In this document: piece by piece, positions 9,423 through 18,734 of the stretch | How the letters are laid out: each line of letters begins with the position of its first letter | Numbering within the stretch: the first letter of the stretch is position 1 | DNA from: an uncultured Acidobacteriota bacterium | Lineage (GTDB): Bacteria; Acidobacteriota; Terriglobia; Acidiferrales; UBA7541 | Direction of reading: 5' to 3' | NCBI GenBank assembly: GCA_963814605.1 | Contig: CAWFDD010000003.1 | Location: forward strand, 609,734-673,733 | DNA length: 64,000 nucleotides | Notes under the pieces: model-generated | Databases searched by the model: none | What the model was told of the DNA's origin: nothing | What the model saw: only the letters and a program-made list of their open reading frames with translations | Program-made: the position numbers and the translations under genes

Positions 9423-10373
9423 ATGTACCAGAGATTCTTTGGACTCAAAGAGAGTCCGTTCAACGTCAATCCTGATCCGCGCTACCTGTATCTGACCAGG
9501 CAGATTCAGGAGGCGCTCGCGGGGCTGACGTATGGCATTCAAAACCGGAAAGGCTTCATTCTGCTGACCGGTGAGGTCGGTACGGGAAAGACAACTCTGC
9601 TCAATCGTTTACTCGATTGGCTACACGGGCAGAGGATGGCTACGGCGTACATTTTCAATTCGCGACTGGAAGTCGATCACCTGTTCGACTACATGATGGC
9701 GGATTTCGAGATTCCCTGTGAGTCGCGGGAAAAGAGTCAGGTGCTTTTGCGGCTCAACCAGTGGCTGCTGGAGCGTTATCGCGCGGGGAAAACGGCAGTC
9801 CTGATCGTGGACGAGGCCCAGAATCTGGAGCCCGAGGTGCTGGAGGAAATTCGGCTGCTGACGAATCTGGAGACCTCAACGGAAAAACTGTTGCAGATCG
9901 TGCTCACAGGACAGCCGGAACTCGAGGAAAAGCTGAAAATGCCGTCGCTCCGTCAGCTGCGCCAGCGAATTACGTTGCGCTGCCATACGGCGCCTCTTTC
10001 GTTGGAAGAAACGTATGGCTATATCGCCGAACGGTTGCGCATTGCCGGGGCGAGCGGCGAGCCGATTTTTTCGAAGGAAGCCATACAGACTGTGCACAGC
10101 TATTCACACGGCATCCCGCGCGTTGTGAATCTTCTTTGCGAGCATTCGATGATCAATGCGTACGTGGACAGCCTCCGGCCGGTTCCGGCACACATGGTGG
10201 AGGAAGTGGCGCGGGAGTTTCAGCTTGATGAGATCGCGCCGATCGCGGCCACGGGGCTTCTTACCGGCGCGCAGCAGAGCGCGAGCACGCAGGCACTGTT
10301 GGAAAACCTGGACGAATTGCTGGGGCGTTTGCGCCAGGTAAATGTTGCGCCTTCCCGTGAAAGGAAATCATGA
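9423..10373 (+). CDS. ExeA/GspA-like AAA ATPase (PEP-CTERM-locus ATPase type)
   Basis: The sequence reads FFGLKESPFNVNPDPRYLYLTRQ...GFILLTGEVGTGKTTLL... The Walker B motif is VLIVDEAQNL. The RBS is aaggag. Confidence 0.85.
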   Translation: MYQRFFGLKESPFNVNPDPRYLYLTRQIQEALAGLTYGIQNRKGFILLTGEVGTGKTTLLNRLLDWLHGQRMATAYIFNSRLEVDHLFDYMMADFEIPCESREKSQVLLRLNQWLLERYRAGKTAVLIVDEAQNLEPEVLEEIRLLTNLETSTEKLLQIVLTGQPELEEKLKMPSLRQLRQRITLRCHTAPLSLEETYGYIAERLRIAGASGEPIFSKEAIQTVHSYSHGIPRVVNLLCEHSMINAYVDSLRPVPAHMVEEVAREFQLDEIAPIAATGLLTGAQQSASTQALLENLDELLGRLRQVNVAPSRERKS

Positions 10374-11308
10374 GTCGGATCCACGAAGCGCTGAAAAAGG
10401 CAGAACAAGAGCGGGCGATCACTCAAGTGTCGGCACCTGATGTCGCAGCCATGCCGCCAGAACCAATTGTTGCCTCGGAGAGATGGACTGGCAGCGCGTT
10501 GGAAGCGCCGGCGAACGTGATGGCACCAGCGAACGTCGCTCTGCCAGGTGATTTTCTACGATTCGACGACTTGCGCGAGCATTGTGCGCACCCGACATGG
10601 CACTTTGATCCAAACGTAAACGTATTCTTCAATCCGAGCTTGAGCGTGCACGGCGCGGAACAGTTTCGGACACTGCGTTCCCGGCTATACCAGCTTCGAG
10701 GAACGCAATCGTTGCGGACACTCTTGGTGACGAGCGCCATCCCGGGCGAGGGAAAGACATTTGTGACTTCCAATCTGGCGCAAGCGATTGTTCGCCAGCC
10801 GGATCGGCGAGCGCTGATTATTGACGGCGATTTGCGCTGCGCGCGACTGCATCTACCACTGGGCGCACCGACCTCTCCGGGACTTACAGACTATCTGCGT
10901 GGTGAAGCAGACGAAATGGCCGTTATCCAGCACGGCCACGAAGGCAATCTTTGTTTTATCGCCGGAGGAAGTCAAGTTACGGATCCCAGCGAACTGCTCT
11001 CGAACGGCCGGTTGCGCAAATTGCTTGATCGCGTGACGCCCGTATTCGATTGGGTGATTATGGACTCGCCGCCGTGCGTTCCGGTCGCAGATGCGAGCAT
11101 TCTGGCCAACTTGTGTGATGGAGTGTTGTTGGTCGTGCGCGCAGGCTCGACACCTTCAGATGTTGCTCAGCGCGCTTGCCAAGAGCTGCAAGGGAAAAAC
11201 GTCGTTGGCGTCGTGCTTAACGCCGTTGACGAGGCCGGGATGTACGGATCGAGTTACTACCAAGGCTATGGATACGGCTACGGTGAACCCAAAGCCTCAG
11301 AAAGCTAG
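10370..11308 (+). CDS. BY-kinase (CpsD/CapB/EpsG-like protein tyrosine kinase)
   Basis: Walker A is SAIPGEGKTFVTSNLA, Walker A' is LIIDGDLR and Walker B is VIMDSPP. The C-terminus carries a Tyr cluster, YGSSYYQGYGYGYG. The start overlaps the upstream stop (ATGA). Confidence 0.9.
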   Translation: MSRIHEALKKAEQERAITQVSAPDVAAMPPEPIVASERWTGSALEAPANVMAPANVALPGDFLRFDDLREHCAHPTWHFDPNVNVFFNPSLSVHGAEQFRTLRSRLYQLRGTQSLRTLLVTSAIPGEGKTFVTSNLAQAIVRQPDRRALIIDGDLRCARLHLPLGAPTSPGLTDYLRGEADEMAVIQHGHEGNLCFIAGGSQVTDPSELLSNGRLRKLLDRVTPVFDWVIMDSPPCVPVADASILANLCDGVLLVVRAGSTPSDVAQRACQELQGKNVVGVVLNAVDEAGMYGSSYYQGYGYGYGEPKASES

Positions 11309-11449
11309 CAAGTCAGCCACGTTTTCATCCGTTTCGCACACGGGAACGACGCTGTCTCGAGCTCTGCAACTCCGCCGGTAAGATTCTCAGGTTGAGACAA
11401 ATTTCGGCCGGTGTGCCCAACCTACCGCTGGTTGACAGGGGCGCGAGGA

Positions 11450-11476
11450 GTTACAGGCCAACGCCCTTCCTGTAAC
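11450..11476. promoter_or_regulatory. Perfect 8-bp inverted repeat GTTACAGG-N11-CCTGTAAC followed by an A7 tract. It is a candidate upstream activator or regulator site.
   Basis: Read directly from the sequence. It lies about 245 nt upstream of the sigma54-type promoter at 11720. Confidence 0.35.
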
Positions 11477-11719
11477 CGTCTATAAAAAAAGCAGATATGT
11501 CATATTCATTGATGCTAACGCGTGCCTAAGCGGCTGGCAGCGAGGTAAGGAACAGCGTTGGCAAATGATGGTAAGAGTTTTCACTCCCCAGCCGCCCATA
11601 TGCGCAGACTTGTGGACCGCTCAAGATCCAAACACCGGGACAGATCATTAAGATCCTTATTTTCAGATACTTAGCAAAGTTGCATGGCAGGCGCAGTTCG
11701 TCCAGATCGACGGTCGGTC

Positions 11720-11734
11720 TGGCACGCTGGTTGC
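11720..11734 (+). promoter_or_regulatory. Candidate sigma54 promoter P2: TGGCAC-N5-TTGC (all specified positions match)
   Basis: TGGCACGCTGGTTGC lies 96 nt upstream of the NusG-paralog ATG, at the end of a 520-nt non-coding gap. Confidence 0.65.
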
Positions 11735-11765
11735 GATATTGTACGCAGTACTCGGGCGGGTTTAT

Positions 11766-11777
11766 GGCGGTAGCCTA
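11766..11777 (+). promoter_or_regulatory. ops-like element GGCGGTAGCCTA in the predicted leader
   Basis: The 8-nt core GGCGGTAG is identical to the enterobacterial ops core (GGCGGTAGnnTG). It sits on the non-template strand, 32 nt downstream of the -12 GC. Confidence 0.45.
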
Positions 11778-11829
11778 GACACTGGCGACGCACGAGCCCC
11801 AGGAAGCGGAAGGGAGCTGTTGATCCGAA

Positions 11830-12402
11830 ATGAGTCCCGCACCGGATGGCCAACAGTGGTTTGCTCTCCAGGTAAGGACGCGTTGGGAAGGCTCCACCGC
11901 CGTGTTGCTCTCGGGCAAGGGGTATCAGACTTTTCTTCCCACGTATAAGACGAGGAAACGATGGAAGGGTAAGGTGCGCGAGGTGGACTCCGCGCTATTC
12001 CCGGGCTATGTGTTTTGCAACTTTGATGCGCAGAAGCGCTTGCCGATCCTGGTCACGCCCGGCGTAATTTCAGTCGTCGGCCAGGGCCGGATACCGATGC
12101 CAGTGGATGATGGTGAGATAGCCGCGATCCAAACGGTTGTTTCATCGGGGCTGCGCGCGGAACCGTGGCCCTATCTCGAACTCGGCCAGAGAATCCGAAT
12201 CGAACAGGACGCGCTCCAGGGTTTGGAAGGTATTTTGGTTAATTTTAGGGGCAACCATCGCATTGTGGTGTCGGTATCACTTTTACGCCGGTCGGTTGCG
12301 TTGGAAATTGATCGAGCTTGCGTGAGTCCCGTTGCACCTTCTCGAGTGGCGGCTCGCGGGCCGGTCGGTGTGCATCCGATGCTGCAGGGTGTCGTCGCTT
12401 AG
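11830..12402 (+). CDS. NusG-family paralog (RfaH/UpxY-like operon-specific antiterminator)
   Basis: The NGN-like N-terminus reads WFALQVRTRWE...LLSGKGYQTFLPTY...ALFPGYVFCNFD. The KOW-like C-terminus reads GQRIRIEQDALQGLEGILVNF. It is the first gene after the long gap. Confidence 0.8.
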   Translation: MSPAPDGQQWFALQVRTRWEGSTAVLLSGKGYQTFLPTYKTRKRWKGKVREVDSALFPGYVFCNFDAQKRLPILVTPGVISVVGQGRIPMPVDDGEIAAIQTVVSSGLRAEPWPYLELGQRIRIEQDALQGLEGILVNFRGNHRIVVSVSLLRRSVALEIDRACVSPVAPSRVAARGPVGVHPMLQGVVA

Positions 12403-12456
12403 ATCTCAGATTGATTTAGCTTGTGCCGGACGAGGAACCGCAAGACAGAAATCAAA

Positions 12457-13641
12457 ATGGCCAACAGCGACCCAAAGATTTTTCTTGGAGATGTAAGACC
12501 TCCGCAACGAAATGGACGCAAGGCGTTGTCGCGTATGGGCGCTGTGCCACCGCGGCGAGAAGCGATCCTCGGAGAAGATACGCTGCACGCGATGCTGACG
12601 CTGGAACGCAGGCGCGCAGAGCGGTCGCGCAAGCCTTTCGTTCTGATGCTGCTGGACTCGCGCGAAGTGCCGAAGAATGGAAACGGCTCGAGATTCACTG
12701 AGCAGCTTTCCTCCGTTGTTTGCGACGCGACCCGTGAGACCGATCTAATTGGCTGGTATGAAGAGGGCGCGATCCTGGCCGTCATCTTCACGGAGATTAG
12801 CGTCGAGGGAAAGAATCCCATCACCGAGGTTTTGCATTCCAAGGTCGTAGCAGCATTGCGAGAGAATCTCGATCACCGGCTGGCGCCAAAATTAGTCGTT
12901 ACAGTCCATCTTTTCCCGGAGAACTGGAATACGGAACATCCCGACCGAGTGGCTGATATTAAGCTCTATCCCGAGCTTTCGAAAGGTAGCAGCAAGAAGC
13001 GGCTACCCATGATTGTGAAACGCGTAATCGATGTTCTCGGTAGCGGCGCGTTGTTGCTCATCCTTTCACCGATATTGGCGGCGATTGCTCTATTAATTAA
13101 ACTGACGTCCAAGGGACCGGTTATTTTCGAACAGGAGCGCCTGGGACAGTTCGGGAAACGATTCGGATGTCTCAAGTTCCGAACGATGTACACGAATAAT
13201 GACCCGAAGATACATCGTGAGTTCGTTCAACGCTTCATCGCCGGTAACGAGCAGAAGCGGGTAGAGAGCGAAACCGAGTCGGTTGTTTACAAGATCACGA
13301 ACGACCCTCGCATCACGCCGATCGGCAAGTTCCTGCGCAAGACCAGCCTCGATGAGTTTCCGCAGTTCTGGAATGTCCTGCGCGGCGAAATGTCACTTGT
13401 GGGCCCGCGCCCTCCGGTACCGTATGAGTTTGAAGTGTACGATTTTTGGCACCGGCGCAGAGTGCTCGAGGTGAAGCCGGGTGTCACCGGATTGTGGCAG
13501 GTGAGCGGACGAAGCCGAACTTGCTTCGACGACATGGTTCGATTGGATCTCCGGTATTCCCAGTCCTGGTCACTGTGGCTCGATCTTAAGATCCTGGTGG
13601 CCACACCACGTGCGGTCTTCACGAGTGAAGGCGCGTTCTAA
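12457..13641 (+). CDS. Polyprenyl-phosphate phosphoglycosyl transferase (Bac_transf, monotopic PglC/WbaP-C type) with an N-terminal degenerate GGDEF-like domain
   Basis: The C-terminal part reads [43 protein letters not shown]...KFRTM...[37 protein letters not shown]. See findings for the N-terminal ~190 aa. I prefer the ATG at 12457 over the TTG at 12421. Confidence 0.9.
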   Translation: MANSDPKIFLGDVRPPQRNGRKALSRMGAVPPRREAILGEDTLHAMLTLERRRAERSRKPFVLMLLDSREVPKNGNGSRFTEQLSSVVCDATRETDLIGWYEEGAILAVIFTEISVEGKNPITEVLHSKVVAALRENLDHRLAPKLVVTVHLFPENWNTEHPDRVADIKLYPELSKGSSKKRLPMIVKRVIDVLGSGALLLILSPILAAIALLIKLTSKGPVIFEQERLGQFGKRFGCLKFRTMYTNNDPKIHREFVQRFIAGNEQKRVESETESVVYKITNDPRITPIGKFLRKTSLDEFPQFWNVLRGEMSLVGPRPPVPYEFEVYDFWHRRRVLEVKPGVTGLWQVSGRSRTCFDDMVRLDLRYSQSWSLWLDLKILVATPRAVFTSEGAF

Positions 13642-13848
13642 TTTTCGCTCGAACCTCGATTTCCGCTGCTTCTTTATCTTGGAATTCGCAAGTACCTCGT
13701 TTTCTGATTTATCAGCACTCCGTAAACGCATCGTCTAAGTCGATGAATCAGCCTGAGGCAGGCGAGCGCGAGGGAACGATTCGATCGAACTAGACTTCAG
13801 GTGCATCAAGATACGAACAGACACTTCTCCGCAGACTGCAGAGGAAAA

Positions 13849-14850
13849 ATGATCCGAGTCGGTGTGATTGGCTACGGTTATTGGGGTCCCAATATCGTCC
13901 GAAACTTGCACGGATTGGACTCAACACGCGTGGAGATGGTGTGTGACATGAGCTCCAAGGCTCTGGCGCGTGTGAGGAAGGCCTATCCGGGCATCTCCAC
14001 GTGCTCCGATCCGACGGAAATTCTGACTTCGCCTGCCATCGACGCGGTGGCGGTGATCACCCCGGTTTGGACTCACTACGAACTGGCGAAGAAGGCGCTG
14101 GAAAATGGGAAGCACGTTTTCGTTGAGAAGCCGTTTACCTCGACCGCGGAGCAGGCCGAGGAATTAATTGAACTCGCGGCGCGGAAAAATCTGAAGATTA
14201 TGGTGGACCACACGTTTTTGTTCACCGGGGCGGTGCGAAAGATTCGCGAACTCACGGAAAGCGGCGCGCTGGGCGATCTCTATTACTATGATTCACTGCG
14301 CGTCAACCTTGGGTTGTTCCAGCACGACGTGAGCGTCATTTGGGATTTGGCTCCTCACGACCTCGCGATCATGGATCACCTGATCAAAGGCGAGCCCGAG
14401 GCCGTGGTAGCAACCGGCGAACGCCACCTGAACGGAGTCGAAGACGTAGCGTTTATGACGATCTATTACCCGGGAAACGTAATCGCGCACATTAACGTTA
14501 ACTGGCTCTCACCGGTGAAGATTCGTATGACCATGATCGGCGGCCAAAAGAAGATGCTGGTCTGGAACGATCTTGTGGCAGACGAAAAACTGCGGGTGTA
14601 CGACAAAGGCGTTCAAATTACTTCGGGTGATGGAATTCGAGACCTACTGGTCAGTTACCGCACGGGCGACATGTGGGCGCCGCAGGTGGCGCAGTTGGAA
14701 GCGCTGCACGTGGAACTCGATTACTTCGCGGATTGCATCCTGAACGACAAGACGCCCTTCAACGATGGGCATGCCGGTTTGCGCATCGTGCGCATGCTGG
14801 AAGCTGCCGACGTGTCGATCCAAAAGAGAGGAGAATTGGTCCGCCTGTGA
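13849..14850 (+). CDS. Gfo/Idh/MocA-family NAD-dependent sugar oxidoreductase (WbpB/GnnA-like)
   Basis: MIRVGVIGYGYWGPNIVRNL... is a Rossmann motif, and ...HVFVEKPFT... follows. I prefer the ATG at 13849 (gagga RBS) over the GTG at 13801. Confidence 0.85.
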   Translation: MIRVGVIGYGYWGPNIVRNLHGLDSTRVEMVCDMSSKALARVRKAYPGISTCSDPTEILTSPAIDAVAVITPVWTHYELAKKALENGKHVFVEKPFTSTAEQAEELIELAARKNLKIMVDHTFLFTGAVRKIRELTESGALGDLYYYDSLRVNLGLFQHDVSVIWDLAPHDLAIMDHLIKGEPEAVVATGERHLNGVEDVAFMTIYYPGNVIAHINVNWLSPVKIRMTMIGGQKKMLVWNDLVADEKLRVYDKGVQITSGDGIRDLLVSYRTGDMWAPQVAQLEALHVELDYFADCILNDKTPFNDGHAGLRIVRMLEAADVSIQKRGELVRL

Positions 14851-15344
14851 ACGAATTCTGCGTAATTTCGCCGGACGTGAAGCTGGGACAAGGCGTCAAG
14901 CTTTCCAAGTTCATCAATCTGTATGGCTGTCAGATCGGCGATGAAACGAAAATCGGCGCGTTTGTTGAAATTCAAAAGAATTCCAGCGTCGGACGCCGCT
15001 GCAAGGTTTCGAGTCACACGTTCGTATGTGAGGGCGTGACGATTGAAGACAACGTATTCATCGGCCACGGCGTGACATTCATCAACGATTCCTATCCGCG
15101 CGCGACGACGCCTGACGGTGAGATCCAAACCGAAAAGGATTGGCGCGTGGAGACCACGGTGGTCAAACGCGGAGCTTCCATCGGATCGGGATCCACGATT
15201 CTTTCCAAGATCGTGATCGGCGAGAACGCGATAGTCGGCGCGGGGAGTGTGGTGACCCGCGACGTGCCCGCCAACACGATTGTTGCCGGCAATCCGGCAA
15301 GGATTCTGCGCTCAATTGAAAATCCAACAAAGGTGAACGGATGA
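14847..15344 (+). CDS. Left-handed beta-helix (hexapeptide) N-acetyltransferase, WbpD/WlbB-like
   Basis: Hexapeptide repeats are visible (IGDETKIGAFVEIQKNSSVGRRCKVSSHTFVCEGVTIEDNVFIGHGVTF...). The GTG at 14847 overlaps the upstream TGA (GTGA). The upstream 58 codons of the track ORF overlap the previous gene. Confidence 0.8.
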   Translation: MNEFCVISPDVKLGQGVKLSKFINLYGCQIGDETKIGAFVEIQKNSSVGRRCKVSSHTFVCEGVTIEDNVFIGHGVTFINDSYPRATTPDGEIQTEKDWRVETTVVKRGASIGSGSTILSKIVIGENAIVGAGSVVTRDVPANTIVAGNPARILRSIENPTKVNG

Positions 15345-16546
15345 CGAACAACGCAAAGATTCCTTTTGTCGATTTGGTGACTCTGCATCGCGAACTCGAG
15401 ACGGAATTACTGGAAGTGTGCAAGAAGGCCATTCAATCGGCCGGCTTCATCGGAGGGCCGGAGGTCGAGGGATTCGAGCGCGAGTTTGCCCAGTTTTGTG
15501 ATGCGAAGCATTGCGTGGGGGTCAACAGCGGCACCGATGCGCTCCGTTTTGCTTTGACAGCGGCAGGAGTTCAGCCCGGGGATATCGCGCTGACCGTGTC
15601 GCATACCTTTATCGCGACTACCGAGGCGATATCTCAGGCAGGCGCTCAACCGGAGTTTATTGATGTCGACCGGCGGACGTACAACATGGACCCGGGAAAG
15701 CTCCGGCACTTTCTGGACGCGAAATGCGTGTTCGACAAAGCGACGGGCCGATACGTTCACAAGAATTTGGGAAAACCCGTGACAGCGGTGGTTCCAGTTC
15801 ACCTCTACGGCCAGATGGCTGATATGGACGCCATCTTGGAGATTGCGGAGAAGTACAAACTGATCGTCGTTGAAGACGCTTGCCAGGCGCACGGCGCGGA
15901 GTATTTCTCCAAGAAGCAGAATCGCTGGTTGAAGGCAGGTTCGGTTGGCCGCGCGGCGGCGTTCAGTTTTTATCCCGGAAAGAATCTGGGCGCGTGCGGA
16001 GAAGGCGGAGCGATCACCACGAATGATCCGGAAATTGCGCGCAAGTCGGCGATGATTCGAGATCACGGCCAGTCCAAGAAGTACTATCACGACGTCGAAG
16101 GTTACAACGGGCGGCTCGATTCGATGCAAGCGGGTATGCTGCGCGTCAAATTGAAGCATCTTTCGAAGTGGAACGAGCAGCGTCGCGAGAGTGCGCGAGT
16201 CTATGATGAGCTGTTCAAGGCGATGGGAGGCAGCGTTGTGTCGCCCTACCAGCCGAGCGAATCAAAGTCCGTATATCACTTGTACGTGGTGCGGACACCG
16301 TTCCGCGATGAGCTGCAGAAACATTTGAACGAAGCCGGCATCGGAACCGGAATTCACTATCCCATCCCGGTTCACGTCCAGAAAGCCTATGCCTCCTTGG
16401 GCTGGAAAAAGGGCGATCTTCCCGAGTCGGAAGAAGCCGCGGATCAAATTCTCTCACTCCCCATGTTTGCCGGATTGACGACGGATCAACAAAAGCGCGT
16501 AGCGGAGAGCATCTGTCAGTTCGCAACTTCCTACGCAGTTCGCTGA
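15341..16546 (+). CDS. DegT/DnrJ/EryC1/StrS-family PLP-dependent sugar aminotransferase
   Basis: The sequence reads ...GVNSGTDALRFAL...VEDACQAHGAEY...FSFYPGKNLGACGEGGAITTND..., which contains the PLP-lysine region. The start overlaps the upstream stop (ATGA). Confidence 0.9.
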   Translation: MTNNAKIPFVDLVTLHRELETELLEVCKKAIQSAGFIGGPEVEGFEREFAQFCDAKHCVGVNSGTDALRFALTAAGVQPGDIALTVSHTFIATTEAISQAGAQPEFIDVDRRTYNMDPGKLRHFLDAKCVFDKATGRYVHKNLGKPVTAVVPVHLYGQMADMDAILEIAEKYKLIVVEDACQAHGAEYFSKKQNRWLKAGSVGRAAAFSFYPGKNLGACGEGGAITTNDPEIARKSAMIRDHGQSKKYYHDVEGYNGRLDSMQAGMLRVKLKHLSKWNEQRRESARVYDELFKAMGGSVVSPYQPSESKSVYHLYVVRTPFRDELQKHLNEAGIGTGIHYPIPVHVQKAYASLGWKKGDLPESEEAADQILSLPMFAGLTTDQQKRVAESICQFATSYAVR

Positions 16547-16595
16547 TTTCGACGGTCCCACTATCCTCGGAATTCCTTCCAGTCAATCAAAATTG

Positions 16596-17789
16596 ATGCG
16601 AGAAATCTCTTCTGGATTGGAAGCAGCGGGCCGGGCACTCCTTAGCAGTGCGTCTGCTCGGATGCAGACCGGCATTCGCACAAGCGGTGAGCGCCAGATG
16701 GATGTGCGGGAGTTGAATTCGCTGGCGCTGCGATCCCTCGGCTCTCTTTTCAACGAAAGAGAGCAGCTTTTTTCCCACCGCGTTATTTTGACTGGCAATG
16801 GATTTTGGTGGGACGCATCGTCGCGGAAACGTACGATGGTCGCGCTTCTGGGATTGCATCGGCTAGCAGAATTTGGGGGCACCCAACCGTTTGACATTGC
16901 CTCGGTTCGGGACGTCGTCCTGCGGGACAAGAGTTGGGTAAAGAAAGCCGGAGACCTGGGCCTGCTGACTTGGTTTGTTGCTGTTTGCGCGCCGGATCGG
17001 CTGGGTGCAATATTCAAGGAGTTCGATTTCGAAAGCGCACTAACGATCTATTCGGATGGCCGGCAGGCTCGTACGACCGGCTTGGCGTGGTTCTTGGCGG
17101 GCATCGCCCACGCTCGACTCGCGTGTCCTGAATCGCTTCCGGACCTGACCGACGTGGCAGTGGATGCGTACCATTTGCTCAAAGATAACCAGAGCGAAAA
17201 CGGCATTTTTGGGCACGCCGCTTCGCCTGGCTTTCCTCGGGAGATGCTGTATGGCCGACTGGGAACGTTCTCCGATCAAATATATTCGATCTACGCGCTT
17301 TCGTTGTTTGCCCAAGCTTTTCATATCGAGGAACCGCTCGAATCTGCTCTGGGGTGCGCAAATGAGGTGTGTGCGCTGCAAGGAGAGATGGGGCAATGGT
17401 GGTTCCTTTACGATAAACGTACGGCTCGCGTCGTAAACCGCTATCCCGTGATTTCACTGCATCAAGATGGAACGGCTCCCTGCGGACTTCTTGCGCTGGA
17501 AGAAGCGACCGGTCGAAACTTCCAAGAATCAATATTCAAGGGATTGTCATGGATTGCCGGGGCAAACGAACTTGGAAATGATCTCCGAAATCGTGATCAA
17601 GCGTTCATTTGGGATTCGATCGGACCCAACAGTCGAATCCGAAGATACTCGGATGCAGCGCTTGGTTTGATGTTTCCTCGCCGCGAGACCAAAGCACGAG
17701 GTCTTGGAATCCGGTACGAAGCTCGCGCCGATCATTTGGGATGGCTACTCTACGCGTTCGGAAGGCATGGCCTACCGGACAGTAGATAA
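16596..17789 (+). CDS. Hypothetical protein, possibly of alpha/alpha-toroid (six-hairpin) type
   Basis: The ORF is long and its codon usage looks like that of its neighbours. Repeated helix-pair patterns with aromatic-rich turns are present (GNGFWWD, GQWWFLYD). I recognise no diagnostic motif. The start is uncertain. Confidence 0.5.
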   Translation: MREISSGLEAAGRALLSSASARMQTGIRTSGERQMDVRELNSLALRSLGSLFNEREQLFSHRVILTGNGFWWDASSRKRTMVALLGLHRLAEFGGTQPFDIASVRDVVLRDKSWVKKAGDLGLLTWFVAVCAPDRLGAIFKEFDFESALTIYSDGRQARTTGLAWFLAGIAHARLACPESLPDLTDVAVDAYHLLKDNQSENGIFGHAASPGFPREMLYGRLGTFSDQIYSIYALSLFAQAFHIEEPLESALGCANEVCALQGEMGQWWFLYDKRTARVVNRYPVISLHQDGTAPCGLLALEEATGRNFQESIFKGLSWIAGANELGNDLRNRDQAFIWDSIGPNSRIRRYSDAALGLMFPRRETKARGLGIRYEARADHLGWLLYAFGRHGLPDSR

Positions 17790-17836
17790 GTGATTTACTG
17801 GCGCTCGATTGCGCATCCACGGCTGCGATTTGACTA

Positions 17837-18724
17837 ATGAAGACCGCTTCTCACTACGTATTGATCACGCCGGCGCGCAATGAGGCACAGTTTCTTGCGC
17901 TGACCATAGAATCGGTGATCGCGCAGACCGTCAAGCCGACCAAGTGGGTTATCGTCAGTGATGGTTCAACAGACGGCACGGATGAAATTGTGGCCCGCTA
18001 CACCGGCGAACACCAATGGATTGAACTCGTCCGGATGCCCCAGCGCGGAGAGCGGCATTTTGGCGGAAAAGCTGCTGCTGTTAATGCGGGCCGCGAGCGA
18101 TTGAGCGCCTCGCAGTATGACGTGATCGGTAATTTGGACGCGGATGTATCCTTCGAATCCGATTATTTCGAATTCATGATGGCGCGATTTGCCGAAAACC
18201 CCAAGTTAGGTTGTGCCGGTACCGCGTTTCGCGAAAAGGACTTGAGTTACAACTATGAGTTCGTGGGCACCGAACATGTTTCAGGCATGTGCCAAATGTT
18301 TCGCCGCGAGTGTTTCGAAGAAATCGGGGGATATGCGGCGATCAAATCGGGTGGGATCGATCTCATAGCCGTATTGAGTGCACGGGTGAAGGGCTGGGAA
18401 ACGCGAACCTTTCCCGAGAAGACTTTCGTCCACCACCGGACTCAAGCAGGCGCACTGCACTCAGGTTTGCGAGAACGAGTGCACGCGGGCCGTAAAGACT
18501 ATCTTCTGGGAAATCACCCATTGTGGGAGTTTTCCCGAAGCATCTATCAGATGCATCGCAAGCCATATGTGCTGGGCGGCTTGCTCGTTCTTGGATCCTA
18601 TATGTGGAATCTGGTTCGCGGTGTCGAGAGAACGATCCCAAAAAACCTGATGATTTTGCGCCAGAACGACCAGATGAAGCGTTTGAAAATGATCGTACAG
18701 CGCCGCCTCCCTTTGGGTAGCTAG
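17837..18724 (+). CDS. Glycosyltransferase family 2
   Basis: The sequence reads YVLITPARNEAQFLALTIESVIAQTVKPTKWVIVSDGSTDGTDEIV...NLDADV... Confidence 0.85.
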   Translation: MKTASHYVLITPARNEAQFLALTIESVIAQTVKPTKWVIVSDGSTDGTDEIVARYTGEHQWIELVRMPQRGERHFGGKAAAVNAGRERLSASQYDVIGNLDADVSFESDYFEFMMARFAENPKLGCAGTAFREKDLSYNYEFVGTEHVSGMCQMFRRECFEEIGGYAAIKSGGIDLIAVLSARVKGWETRTFPEKTFVHHRTQAGALHSGLRERVHAGRKDYLLGNHPLWEFSRSIYQMHRKPYVLGGLLVLGSYMWNLVRGVERTIPKNLMILRQNDQMKRLKMIVQRRLPLGS

Positions 18725-18734
18725 GCTCATTTAG

